Position numbers and translations under genes: made by a program. Positions 10,501 through 25,500 of a stretch of DNA of 55,853 nucleotides are shown one piece after another (position 1 is the first letter of the stretch; each line of letters opens with the position of its first letter). The notes under the pieces were generated by a model that saw only the letters and a program-made list of their open reading frames with translations, made no database searches and was not told where the DNA came from. The stretch covers positions 1 through 55,853 of IMG/VR virus record IMGVR_UViG_3300027969_000126; one strand, given 5' to 3'. The DNA is from a virus (lineage: Duplodnaviria; Caudoviricetes).

Positions 10501-13500
10501 CCAGCAGTCAATACACTATCATATGTTACTATACTAGCTGTGGTATTAGTTACTACTACTGACAATAACTCAGAACCAGGTGATCCTGTAATGTTATACT
10601 GTGTATTAAAATACTGACGTTCAGGTAAGTTATATGATGTTACTGCAACAACAGAACCCAATGTCGGCGGCGAATAAAATAATATAGTGTTAGAAACATC
10701 ACTTATAGTATACGCTGAAGATGTTAATCTAATGCCATTTATTTCTACAATAGAACTAGTAGTGTTTGTCTCACCTATATAATTATTTAAATAGAATGAT
10801 GCAGTTGATCCGTCACCGGTGAAACGCTGTACTTGAGGGATACTATACCCATACTGTACAGGGATTGTTTCTCCAAACAACGAATAAACCAAATAATCTA
10901 CAGTAGCATCGTACTCAGCAGCAAATACTAAAGATGCATTTATTCCGTTATCAGCCAAGTCAATTGCAAAATCATTTGTTATTAAAATAGCACTACCAGT
11001 ACTATTACTTAATTCTACTTCAGGACCACCTACAGTTGACGAGATAGTAAATTCATTAGCATCATATATAGCTTTTATATAATATGTTTGTTTAGGTATT
11101 ATCCCACCAAAAATAGTGTTACTGAAAACTATTTTTGTATCAAGTATTAAACTACCAGTAGAAATAGTTGTTATAGTATTAGTACCTGCTTTTGTTCTCA
11201 AAACTTGAGAAGTTACACCGTTAACCAACTGTGTACCATTATGATATACTGCCGGTGGTGTCCATATTGCACCAGTACCAACTTGGATAATTGCTTCCAT
11301 TATACCAGTTGCTGTTGTTAACGGGAAAGTTATCCCTGCTGTACCTGATATTGAATTGTAAATTTCAGAGATAGTAATTCTTTTTGAAGCGCCGCCGATA
11401 GATTTTACATAATAAACTTGATCTTCAACAATGCCACCAATTACATTTCCACTAAAAGTTATTGGACTATTCAATATGAATTCATTAACACTTTGACATA
11501 TAATTGTATTAGTGGTACTATCAGTGCCGGTTGCAATAACGTAGACCGGTGATGTGTCAGGTCTAATTAAACCTGAACCTTTGTATATAGTATTAGTATA
11601 GTTAGCATTTACATATATCTCATTGAACCCGGTAACCGCATTGAGTCTTATTGGATCAGTTTCACTATTAGCCTTCACTAACTGATCACCGTTACCTACT
11701 TCATATACATCAATGCGTAATTTATCAGTTGTAGTAGATGATACAAACGTTATTGGATCAACTAATGTAATTGTTTTTGTAATCCAATCAACTGAATAAT
11801 CAATAGTTTCATATATTGATGTGCTTAGTCCAGTGATATAATCTATTACAAATACACCTAATTGTGCTGGAACTAATGCCATATTAGCAAAACTATATTG
11901 AGTTTGATTTGCTGTAGTTGGTGCTATTTCGGTAGAAACTACATTATATCCAGTATGTTGATATATAGTATCATCCCAATCTGTACCAGGGCGTGTAGCA
12001 ACTGTCATCATAATTGTGTCGGATACAACACCAGCAACCAATTCTTCCGGACCATAACCAGCAGTGAATGCATCACCTTGAACATTGTATACAGAAGGGT
12101 CAATAATAAATGACGAATTACTAGTCCAAGTAATTGCATCTGGACTAGTTATGATAGTATTATTGTAACCAACTGCAACATATTGTTCTGCAATGTTATT
12201 CCATAATACATTTTCTAATGTTGAGTTCACCTCGGAGTTTTCAACAGTCCAATTTATACCAAATATATCAGAAGTTATTATAGTTCCTGCATCTCCTACT
12301 GCGACATACCTACTATTATATTCATCCCATATTATATTATTTAAAGTAGTGGCTACCCCTGATGATTGTACAAACCAAGTAGTTCCATTAGTACTAGTAT
12401 ATAGAACACCGTCATCGCCAAGTATTACAACTTCTTGATTATTAAATGCAATGCCATTAAATCCTAAATGTGTTCCGGCAAAGTTAACTAGAGACCAGTT
12501 ATATGCATCTGGACTAGTATATATTATGCCAAAATTAGTTGCAATGCCGTTGATTAATTGTTGCCCCAAACCTACTGCAATATAACCAGTATATCCAGTA
12601 GTAGAAACATAAGCTACACTCTTAAATGTATTAGTTAATCCATTATTAAACACAAAACGTTGTGTCCAAGAATACAAATCAGTAGATGTAACAATATTAT
12701 CACCAACTGCAACATATACCCCATTATGATAGATTACACTATTCAATGCCAATGATGGTACTGTTACTGATGATACGTCAAAATTACCCATGTCATAAGG
12801 GATACCGTCGAACGGGGTAAATGTTCCGTTACTAATCCATGTATAGCCGTTATCACTTACTAATATCGGGGTTGCATTATTAGTTGTAGTCATAACATAA
12901 CTACCACCCGCATACAACAAATCAGTAATTCCAAGTGCTTGGTTAGATATTTTATCAATTGCCCAATTTGCAGTAGTTTCACTTACATTAATTGATGAAT
13001 ATTCTTCTGCGTCTGCTGCTGCTAGATATAATAAACCATTAAACACTATTGCTTTTAAATCAATTCCATTAGGATAGAATGGTTGATTAGTCAATATAGT
13101 ATCTATTGCAAATTCATCTGCTGGGGCGAATGGATTACCCAAATAAGTACCGTTTGGATATGTTATTCCGTCTACTAATTGAGTTAAATCTACCCCTGGC
13201 ATATTGATTGTAGGTTGATAATAACCTATAATTCTGTCTAATGCATTTAATTTGATTGAGCCTTGATCTAACAATTCCCATTTACCAAATATAAAGTCAG
13301 TGTCATTATTACTAATAATACATTGATATAACTGTTTATTATATTTTACTATAGTAGGATTAAAGAAGAATGGCTCCGGCAACATTGCATAGTCACCTTG
13401 TTTAGCCATACTAAAACTTAGACCACTAGCGGTACCAACAGTAAACGTACTACCATTAACGGTCGTGCTGATAGTAAGCGAAGGTGTTATAGTTTTAATA

Positions 13501-16500
13501 TAATATACTTGTCCCAATACAATATTACCGGCCACACTGCCAGTAAACACAACAGGATCGTATTGATTAAATCCAGTTAAACTATCAACTGTAATTACTG
13601 TAGATGCAAGTGCAGTAACCGTAGTAGATGTAATACCCGTATACGGGAAGTTTTGTCCGCTAACTGCAACAGTTAAATTAGGATTAGAATACACTCCTAC
13701 TTGATTTTCTGAAATAACTTCTAAGTAATATTTGTTAACAGTGCCGGGTGGTGTTCCGTTAGAAATAGCTGATGTAACACCGCCGTCTGCATCGATAGTC
13801 AACACGGTTATAGTTAAATCATTAGTAGGAGTTGTTCCTCCAATAGCCGTTCCTAGAATAGTTATTGTATTATTAACCGCATATCCTGTTCCCGGTGTTG
13901 TAATAATTGTTCTATACCCGCCTAATATATAACTTACGTCAAATACCGGAGTAGTTCCTACATATTGGGTCAATTTTACTGGAACAGCAGTTACTACTAT
14001 AGTTCCAGTACCACCGGTCGTAGTTTTTATAGTTGCACCACCTACTCTATATGCTATATTGAATGTGTTACCCGAACGACCTGTTACATAATAAGTTACT
14101 GTATTGGTCAATGGTACAGGTAAGATGCCAGTTGAAGTAAATGTTATTGCAGTTCCGTCAGTGAATGCGGCGCCATTTGGTACAGTAATTACTGCTGGGT
14201 CTGCAACAGTTATTGATGACACAATTTGACTTGAATTTATCAAGGTAGCTGCAATTTCAATATACGGATCACCTGAACCATACATTTCACCGCTATCAGT
14301 TGTTACATTATAAACACTTGATAAGTTTGGATCAGCAGAAATTTTAAATCTTCCTGTAGTCGCCGGTGGGCTAGTATCTATAGAGTAAACATAATACACC
14401 TCCCCTAACGAGACACCGCCAATTGAAGTGCCACTAAAGAACAACGGCATACCTACATACAATACGCTAGTTGTATCAGTATTAAATTCATCTGTTAATA
14501 CTAACCAATTTAGTGTTCCTATTGTACTTGATACTTGAATGGTTGTTATATCACTATTTGTAATAGTATACGGTCCACCGGCAACTGTTAATCCACCCAT
14601 AGCACTTGCTATATTGAATTTCATATTGTTGTATATGTCTGTTAATCCTGGACCAAATGTTGGTAAACAAATTCTATCAGTAATAGTTGGGCATGACAAC
14701 GTAGCGGACATTTCTCTAGTTAATAGATTACCAACTACTCCGGTTTGTCCAATATATTGACCAGAAGTATTGTATAACGTAAATTGTTGTCCGTTAATTT
14801 GACCAGGGCTAATTGGCAATCCAACATTTAATGTCATTGAACCCGTACCTGTCTCAAGCACGGTTGTATCAGCTTGACTTGTAATTGTACATGATCCAAG
14901 TGCGGTTGTTAATGTTTTTGCAGTTCCATTAAATGTAGTAGAAATAGAAATTTTTGAACCAGATATTATTTGACTTACATAGTAAGTTGTTGTAGTTGCA
15001 ATTCCACCAAAAGTAGCAGTACTAGTAGGGGTGGCAGTTCCTGTGCCTGATCCTACTCCAGTAGCAGTAAACACGGTTCCCACTGTATTAAATGATGCAC
15101 CTATTAAAGTAAAGTCTGTTGTACCAACTGTAGTAATAGTATATTGTTGAGTCGCTACTAGATAGCCAGCTTGTAATACTATGTTACTGAATACAATAGG
15201 TTCATTTACTGTCAATCCAGTAGTAGATTCACATGTAATAGAATTATCACTTGATGATGTTCCAGTAGCATAGATTATTGTAGGATCATTGTTGAGAGAC
15301 ATTGTAAATGTTTCTTTATCCAATACTGATATTACATAGTAGATTTCATTTTCTATAACATTGCCAAATATTTCAGTATTACCAACAAAGAATATTGGCA
15401 GTCCTAAATAAAATCCATTAGTGCCATTTTGACCGGTGCTATTTAATTTTACAGTAATATAATTTGTACCGGCTGTTGTAGCTGTTACATTTCTTAAACC
15501 AGAATAATTTATAGTTAGTACTGCTAAATTAGTTAATTCACCAACATATAATACTAGTCCTGCTGCTGTTATAGTTGCTGTATTTTGTGCTACAACTGCG
15601 CCCGGATTACCATTTGCATCTATTGTATCAGAAATTGTGAAACCGGTATCTTCTAATATACCAGAATCTGGATTTGGCAACTTAACCAATGATTTAACAT
15701 AATATATAGTACTATCAAGTAACGGTGTACCTATAACAGAACCCACAAATTTAACTGGCATACCAACATAGAAACCGATAGTAGAACCAATATTAGCACC
15801 AACTACTGCGCCTCCAGACTCTGGATTAATTCTAATTGCATTTCTATATGCAATAGTAACATAAGACGATCCATATGTTTGTACAGTATTTCTAGTTCTT
15901 GATGAGAAGCTGATTGTTTGTTGATTAGTTGCATCTATTATTTCAAATGTAGCACCCATAGCACTTGCTGCAATGGTGCTGATAGGCGGTGCTGAACTAA
16001 ACAATGTTATACTAGATGCTGAAACTTGACTACTATTTGAGAATGACCCAGCATAAAAAGAACCATAAAAGCCTGAAGGTACCCACGGTATTACTTGTGA
16101 ATTATAACTAGTTCTATCAAATCGCAATGATATATTATTTTCTCTAGTTGGAGTAGATGTGGTAATAGCAGTTGCAACAGCCGATACACTAAAATATTGT
16201 GTTCCGGTACCGGTGCTAGTTAACTGTACTCGGTCATGATCCTCTACTGCCGCTGCATATTCAGTATAGAGTGCAAATTCTGGATAAGGGGTAAGTTCCA
16301 GCATGTTTACATAATATTGTCCGCCCTCTATTAATCCACCGATTGGGGTTGAACCTGCAGGCACTGTGTAAATTACCAAGTCTCCTGTTTGCAATATGGG
16401 TGTACTTATCCCAATAGCACTATCAATTAGTTGAACATTTGTACTATTGACCGTTACTGTAAATGCCGGATCAATTACAATAGAAGGAGCAACTACATAA

Positions 16501-19500
16501 CCTGAGCCTGGATTTAATACTGTTACGCCAATAACACTTCCCAAACTCATTATTGGTTGTAATTGTGCAGGTACTCTTGGTGAAGGGTATATTGATGTAT
16601 CTATATATGCAGTAACTCTTGGTGGGTTAGCGTAATTTCTACCTGAATTAATAACTACCACTGGTGGTAAATCCATAAAAATATACTCGCCAGGGAAATG
16701 CACAGTAGGTGTAGTTCCATTAATTCCACGAGACAATCCTGTTAATACATTGGTAACTAATTCTCTACCTGAATAACTTATTTCTTCTTCACCAATTCTT
16801 ATAATGCCGGTGACCGGAAATCCGTTTACATTATCAACATAACATGAATTAGAATTCAATGTAAGATAAGAATCTAAAGTTGATAATTGAAAATCAAGTT
16901 TACCAATGTAAGATAAACTGTCAGGTGATAATTGACCAATACTCAATCCATAATTATTAAACCATTGGTTGTACGAAGGGCTTTGCCATATTGGGCTAGT
17001 TGGTAAAAATTGACTATTACTACTAACATTGTCGTAAACTAATTCAGGTGTTATAAACTGTTCAATAGAAAAATCATATTGTGCAGGTAAATCAAAATCA
17101 GTTATATCACCTTCAAATATTTCTGTCCTTGTGTACTTAAATATAAACTCTTTAATTACAACATGGTACGGTTTAACTTCATTCAAATATCCCTCTAAAA
17201 ATAATTGATTGTCAGAACGGAATACTTCTAATGGTAGTAATTCACGAATAGTGTGAGAGACATCTACGAACGATGTTTTATTTAACCAAGTTAAATAATT
17301 TTGACTCTCAATTGTTTCACTTTGAATATATTCAAACAATAATATCAAACTCTTATTTCTGAATATAGATAATTCATTTGTATAAATTTGTTCATTCAAT
17401 GCACGAACTATATAACGAGTTTCAGTCGAAGGATAAACATCATATGGGGTAGTGTCAAAAAAGTTATCACCAAATCCCAATTTGCTTTCTGTGTAATCCC
17501 AAAGACGGCTACTAAATTCAATAGTACCGTTTTGCAAACCTATACGTGTCCATGATCCGTCTATTTCATATATATAAGTTTCTGAATTACCGTTGCCGTT
17601 TGTTGCTACTGTTACAATAGTTCCAACAGTAACATTTAAAGTAGATAAATCAGCGTATATAGGAACTTGTAACGATGATTTTGTGTTATCATTGTATCCA
17701 GGTGCCCACCAATTAATTAAATCCCAATATGCTTTAGTATCAAAAAATGGTTGATTTGTAGTTGGGTTAATTTCACCCACTCTATACAAGAACTGTGGAT
17801 TTCTTATTTCTACGATAGGGAATTGTGATAGCACAATATTAGCGTATTTTAAATAATTTTCTAATGCACCAAATCTATTATAGAAAAAGCCTTGTCTTGG
17901 TCTAGCCAATACACCAGTTTGTACTGCTTTAGGTAGTAATGGGTCAGGTACAACACCGCCGGCGTTATCAACTCCGCACATACTATCTAACATTCTATTA
18001 TATAAACTAATTGGTTCACTTATACCAACTGCTGCATGATTTTGATAAGCTGCACCTGATCCAGGCACGCCGGGCAAGAAATCATCAGCATAATTTGCAC
18101 GAATTAAACTATATTGACTGTGTGCAACATCGTCATTTTTTCCAGTAGAAAATCCAATATGTAATACGGTGTCATTTGCGTTTATGTAAGGGAAACAATT
18201 GTATAATCCAAATACATTAGGCAACAATGGCGTAAAATAACTTATACCAGAAAATTGAGGGCGAGTAATATAAGATTCTAACGTAATATCTGCTAATGTT
18301 TTTCCTAATCTAGTAGATACAATGCCTGTATTTCTAGCCCAGAAATAATAAATTGGATTAATTAATCCTTCAGGGTTAACTAAACCTCTAATAGTATATC
18401 TTTCTAAATTATATGGGGTACCCGGACCCGTATATTGACTAGGTGGCACATTACTTACTACCCAAGTATATACCGCTACATCACTTCTTGGAAATACTCT
18501 ACCCCACCATTGGCTATTATAACTTATATCATTTTGATGATAATTCATAAAACGAGTATTACTAGTATCAAACCATAGTTGCCCTAACTTATCAGCACCC
18601 CAAACTAACCCAGGTTGTCCTGATACGGTTGGAGAATTATATCCTGCAGGATCAACATTAGAAACAACATCAATGTTTTCTGTTACTGCACCTAATAATT
18701 TACCTTGTAACGGATCAATGTAATCCAAATTCTCTAGTGTGTTGTTAGTTTCTGCACTAAACAATTGAATGTTATAGACCCCATTAATATCTACAATAGC
18801 TGATGTACTTCTGTATACTGCCCAATCTGGTGTAGCACTGGTGCTTATATAAATTATTACTTGACCGTTTGTATTAACATCTGGGTTAAATTCTGGTGTT
18901 CCAATAAGAACAGTGCCGTTATTAAAGTCTAATGCTTGGCCATACATCGGTTGTGAGCCATATACCAAATCTTGTGAATTAGTACTTTGTGCATATACAT
19001 ACTTGCCTGGATTATTGATATTTTCATTATAAGTAGCCAAATAATCAAACATGTATACTGCGCCGGCGTTAGTGAATGTGTCTACCCACTGTGTCGCATT
19101 GTTGTCAAATATAGTATCATTGTCTAATTCATCATCTACAAAATCAAATGTAGTAGCACTATAACGAGTTCCAGTAGGGGCACTTACTACGATTGAATCG
19201 GTAATTGGATCCATTTTAATTACGGTGCCAAACTGTGTTGTACCCGTTAAATGAGGGCAATTTATCTTTTGTGTTTGCTTGTAAATTGTTATTCCTAATT
19301 CAGCTAAAGTAGCAGTATCTACTACTGATAGTGATAACTTATTACCAGCTACACCCAATTCAAAATCAACTAGTGAAATTATTAGTTTACCGTCAACATC
19401 AGTTGCATAAACATTTGGAATTGAAACTGAGTTAATATTTGCAGCAGCAGAAGTTGCATCACCTGCCGGCAATACAACCATAAACCCATTAATTAAAATG

Positions 19501-22500
19501 GTTCTAGATGTAGTTATAGTACAAGTTTCTGTTCCATATATGGTACCATATCTTTCACCCCCGTTAGTGAATCTATGAACCGCACCTTCGTAATTTTCTG
19601 CACTTAATTCAAATGGTGCACCAATTAGTATTTCATTTGCAAATGTATTAGTTTCTATGCTAGTTCCAAATTGTACGCCAATTCTAGGAGTTTCTTCATT
19701 AGTTAAGGTTTGAGTTAATACAAAATTAGAACTGCTAATATTTAATATATCACCTGCATTCAATGTAGATGTATTATCACTGTATACATACAATGTTGAT
19801 CCAATAACTGCATACTTGTTATCTGTTATTAAAGTGTCATTTACTGAAACATACAACGGTATTGTTTGTACAATAACTGTCATACTACCCGTTGCAGTGG
19901 TTAAATCTATAGTAGAACCAGTTCTAGTTGCAGAAATAGTAAATGTAGTTGCCGTTGGCTTAGCTTTTACATAGTAAACTGTATTGGCTGATATTGCACC
20001 GCCTGAAATTATACCAGATGAATTTGCAACACCTGTACCAGATCCGGCACCTGTTGCAACGAATGTTAATCCAACTGTATTAGATGCTGCCCCAATAGCA
20101 ACAAAATTAGTTGTACCAATTGCAGTGATAACATATGATTGACCTATTACAAAACTACCGGCATTAGTTACTGTAGAGAATATTACAGGATCACCTACGC
20201 TAAAACCAGTACTATCGCTTATTGTAATTCTATCAGTTGATGAATTTGTAGCAGTTGCAATTTGTGTAACTGTAGTTGGTGTCCATGCTAACGGGAATGA
20301 TAATGGTATAAACGCTACACTAGTAGATTGTGCTATAAAGTTTTGAACTGTTCTAGCAAATATATAAGAGTAACCATAATTTTCTGTGTTAGCATCATAA
20401 TTTTCTTGAGGCGCACTGATAATTACAGTATCACCATAATAATCAGTTGAAATTGCTTGTCCAAAATCATCACCGCTAACAGTTAATCCTAAGGTATCCC
20501 CATCGATAATATATGATTGTTGATATGTAGAGTTTGATGCGACACCAGTACCAGTGCCTACTCCAGTAGCAATAAATATAGTTCCTACCTCGTTGCTAGT
20601 AGCACCGATAGTTGTAAAATCAGTAGTTCCTACTGAGATAATAGTATATGTTGTTCCACTAACAAAATTACCTGCATCAACATTGTATGCTGCTCTACGA
20701 TATACATAAACGCTATTGTTATCTATATCTGATACATATAACCAATTTTGATCTCCGGATAAAGCAGTAGAACTACCCCAATTTGTAACTCCAGCCGGAG
20801 CAGAAATAGTTTGACATAATGCCAATGTGTTTAATGCTATAGTAGATATTAATTGATATATATAAACTTTAGATGCAGTGGTTGGTTCTGAGATAACAAA
20901 TAAGTTATCAGAATATGATATAGTAGAACCAAAAGATGTTCCTTGAGTTATTGTTTGAACCAAAATGCATGTATTAGTTTCAGCATCATACGCATAGCGT
21001 TGTACTTTCCCCAAATATGAATCACCAATTAAATATCCCAGCTTACTAGTATAGGCTACTGCACTACCAAATGTCCCGGTTGATAATGGTGCTAGTTCTT
21101 GTTTATATTGATAATTTAAACTTTTACGATATACAGCCCAACTACCGTCATTATTGGTATCTACCCATACTTTTAATTTATTAAATTCATTATCTAATAA
21201 CGGTAAATTAATAATTTCAGGTGCAGTTGCCACACGTTGACTTTGCATTCTAAAGCCAATGCCCAATCCAGTTATGCTTTTTACTTGTGGATTTAATGAT
21301 AAATTTATAATAACTCTAAACGGATCTATAACAGCAGCAACTATATAATAATTGTTAATAGCAACATCAAAATTAGCTATAGCAAAAATTTGATAGCGTG
21401 TTAAATTGTGCGCCTGACTAAAAGTTATAGTTACAGTATTGTTTAAATTATTTGTGGCTGTAGTAATAGAACCCAAACTTGCAGGGGTATATACTTGCCA
21501 TGATGATAAGTAATTTGCTATCCAAACATAATCACGAACATAGAATTGATTTATCGGTACTATAGTTCCAACAGCATTTTGTGCAGTTGATAATCCGGAA
21601 TAATAGTAACTTGCCATTTTAACGTCATCAAAATTAACATACCCTGCTGTAGGATAAAGCATTGACGGTTGTATGTTTGCTACAGTTGGTAATATATTAA
21701 CAGAGTTTATAGGTCTATTATAATTAAACAAATCATATATAGGTACTTCTTGTTGTATCCCTTGAGTATCACCGCCGCTAGTTAATCCAACGATAGATGG
21801 GTTACCCACCAAATCTGGTTGACTTAATCTAAATTCAACAAAATTATTATTTAATATTCCACCAAATTCACCCGATTGTATTGCCCAATTTTCATACAAT
21901 GTATAATCAATTCCACCTTGTGGGAGATTAGCACCTTTAAATGCATTAGCGGCATTTAATGTTCCTTTATCTTTGATTAAATTTTTATAAACATTTACTT
22001 GTGTTACATCAGTTAAATCTACTAATGCTAAATAATCTCTTGGACGATACCCAATCAATGAGAATGATAACAAATCTGCATCATTTTCTAAATTAGCACT
22101 ATTTACATCATAATACAAGGTACTCTCATATGAACGAGTTTGACTGTTAGGTAACAATCCTTTTTGTATTTCGTTATAGTTAGTCTCTACCCATTCACGT
22201 TCTTCAAATAATGGTTTTGCTTCAACAATTCTAATTGCTGACCAATATTTATTTTTATACTTTATGATTGACCCTTGAGTATATTTTGTATTTGCAGACC
22301 ATTCAAGTATGTTATCTTGATTAAGAATAAATCCAAATGCATCAACATTTCCATTCCAATCAGCAGTTTTTACACCACGGACAGTAATACGATTTTGGCG
22401 CAATCCAGTAATTAAATTATATATAACATCATTGAATAATGTAACATTATCAAATACAATACCATGTTCAATATTACTAATATTAAATTGACCATATGAA

Positions 22501-25500
22501 ATAGTATCACCAACATTTAGTGGTTGAACTGAGAATGCAGTATTCAAACGATCTATGCATAAGTTATTAGATTGTATTGGATATAAATCTTGGTTTAATA
22601 CAAAATTAAATTGTCTAAGCGTTAATGGTTGTACAATACAACTTTCTTTATCTATGGTTAAGTTTGATGCAGATGGATTTATAGTAGCAATACTTCCTAC
22701 ATCCCATCCGGTTTGTGCCCAATATAAAAATTCCGCAATCATTTGAGACCAATTAATTGGAATTCCATTTTCTATTTCTTCAAACTGTACACCTTGTGTT
22801 TTTAAATATTCACCGTAATTAATCAAAAATTGTGATACTTGCTGTACATTATAAAATTCAGTACCGTAGGGTATTTCTACTGTTTGATCATAAAACTGAG
22901 TAACAAGGTCAACTGATAACCCTTCTACTGAGATTGTTTCCGTAGCAGTACTAGCTTTAGGTACTAATACCTTAAAATATGCTTTAGTTTGCGAATTTCC
23001 ATATACAGTATAACCATTGGGTGTAACTTGTACTACTACACTGCTGTAAACTATTCTATCAAATGCTTGATTTTCATATAACAACAAACCGTAACTTTCA
23101 TCAGGAATTAATAATGAACTGTTGTTACTATTAGCAGAACTCTTTTCTACATAGAATTGTAACATACTCTTGTCGCTGAATCCTGCTAAACGATATACCA
23201 AACGCACATCTAAGTTATCTAATAATGTAGTTATATTTGTAGTCGCATCGATACCAACTTGCTTTTCATAATCAACAATCCAATTGATGTAGCTAGTTGC
23301 TGGAGTACCTGCACCATATATGGGTACATCACTAATTACCAAATGACTTCTATCATTTACTAAGTATTGATTGAATTCAACATTATATTTGTAATTATCA
23401 ACGTCTACTCCAAGATTAAACAATTTTGCTGGTTTTGTTAATCCCAATATACGCATCAAATCAAATGGCCAAGTGCTACTTCTACGATAACTGAATTCAG
23501 CAGGACCAACATCTCCTGCGATCCAATCACGCTTAAATATTTTATCATCGTAATTTCCTACAATTGCATCTAGCGGAGATAATAAATCACCGTTACTGTC
23601 TACTGGTATTATTTTTAATAAACCGTCACGGACAAATCTAGGCATTACGAACGGATTGCCATCATTCCAATTTAAACCGGCTGCTAAATCACCCCATAAA
23701 ACTAAGTTATCACTAGTATAAGGTGCTGCACCATATCTTGCTGCCCACCAAGTTGGTTGATTTGCAAATCCCAACATTTCCCAAGGAGTTTCATTTGGAG
23801 TAGAGGTATCATAAAAATATAAATATACACCTCTAAAATATCCAGGACCAATTGGTGCTCTATCTATTTTATTTCCGCTGTTTTTATAATTATATGTAAA
23901 TTCATTAGATGAACTGAAGACCTGTGTTTTATAATCAATTCTATTTTGACCAATCCAATTCAAAAATGCTTCACTATAAATTTGTAAGAACTGATCATAT
24001 GAATAATCTGTTTCTCTAAAGAATCCAGGCAATACTTCATATAACTCTACTGGGATTAGATTACTTAATTTTAAATTATTATAAACACGAGTTTCATATT
24101 CTAATAATACTTGATCTCTAAAATCAACTAATGTATTGGTAGTAGGATTGTAACTACCATATAATTTATTAAATGAACCATCATGTCCTAATATAAAATA
24201 TGTTGGTGTAGTATATGCAGTGTCTAATATTACTTCCGGCACAGATGCTGGATATAAACCCAACTTAGTAGGTGTGTTAGGAACATAACTACCGTATGTT
24301 TGATTATATTCATTAATCGTAACTACATCGTTAGGTAACAAATCTAAAGTTATAGTCAATGAAGGCGAATCAGTGCTTACTGTATAGTCAACGTTGGTTA
24401 CCAATTGAGTTTGTGTTCCGTTACGAGTTAAGTATACCAAAACGCCATTGTAATTTGATGTAGCAAAATTATAAACACGACTTAATGGATATATACTAGT
24501 ATCAAGCGAGTTTGCAAAAGAATATGTATTAGAAATGTACGGTGCCTTTGAGGGCAACATGTCACTCCAAAAGAATGGTTGGCTATCAGAATACGGAGCA
24601 TTAATTTGGTCCAATGCATCATCTAGCATTTCAGCCGGTGTTAACATAACACTATAAGCAGAATTGTTTACAGTGTTAACTAGTAAAGATTTAAAGGTTA
24701 TATATTGTCTACTGTTATACAATACCGCATCAAACAAATCATGACTTTGGTTACGCAAAAATGTGCCCGGCAATACTAATGATGCACTATTTTGAATAAT
24801 TCTATTACCCCACGGTACTAAATTACCTAAATCACGATAGTTGTTAGGACCAAACACTTCACCCTTTGTGTTTGGATTATTAAAAAATATACTTTGATAA
24901 TGTCCTCTTATATCACCAACGTTTGCTGTGGTTAAAGTTTCATTTAACGGGTTATTGTTTAAATTGATAGGTGTTTGATAATATGCAGTAGCACTTACCT
25001 GATCACTTAATATTAAAATTTGAATTACAGTATCAACTGAAGGAATTACAGGTATTTGAATTGTTGTTGTAGTGGTAGTTGGATTAGTAGTAGCCGTGTA
25101 TAGGGTGTTAGGCAAGTATACATTATTAACATATACTTGTATCATTGGCCAATTAGTCGGGACAGCAAGACTTGGCCCAATGTCACATACAAAAATATTA
25201 GCTGGATTTACAATAGCGTTGTATTCAAATTCAAAAATTTGATATTGTACGCTAGGTGATACCGCAGTTTGCCAGCCCAGTTCTCTTATTGAGGAAGTAT
25301 TGGGGGTGTAGTTATATACATATCCGGTATTTACCTGTTGATTAACAGATTGAGTTCCATTAACATAATTGAATGTATCTGAATTTAATGTTACGTCAAA
25401 ACTAATATCGTTAACATTATTAACAGAACTATATTTTACCGGAAACCCAAGCACCGGATCATCTACTCCAGAACCCAATGCATATGCAAATAATGAAGTA

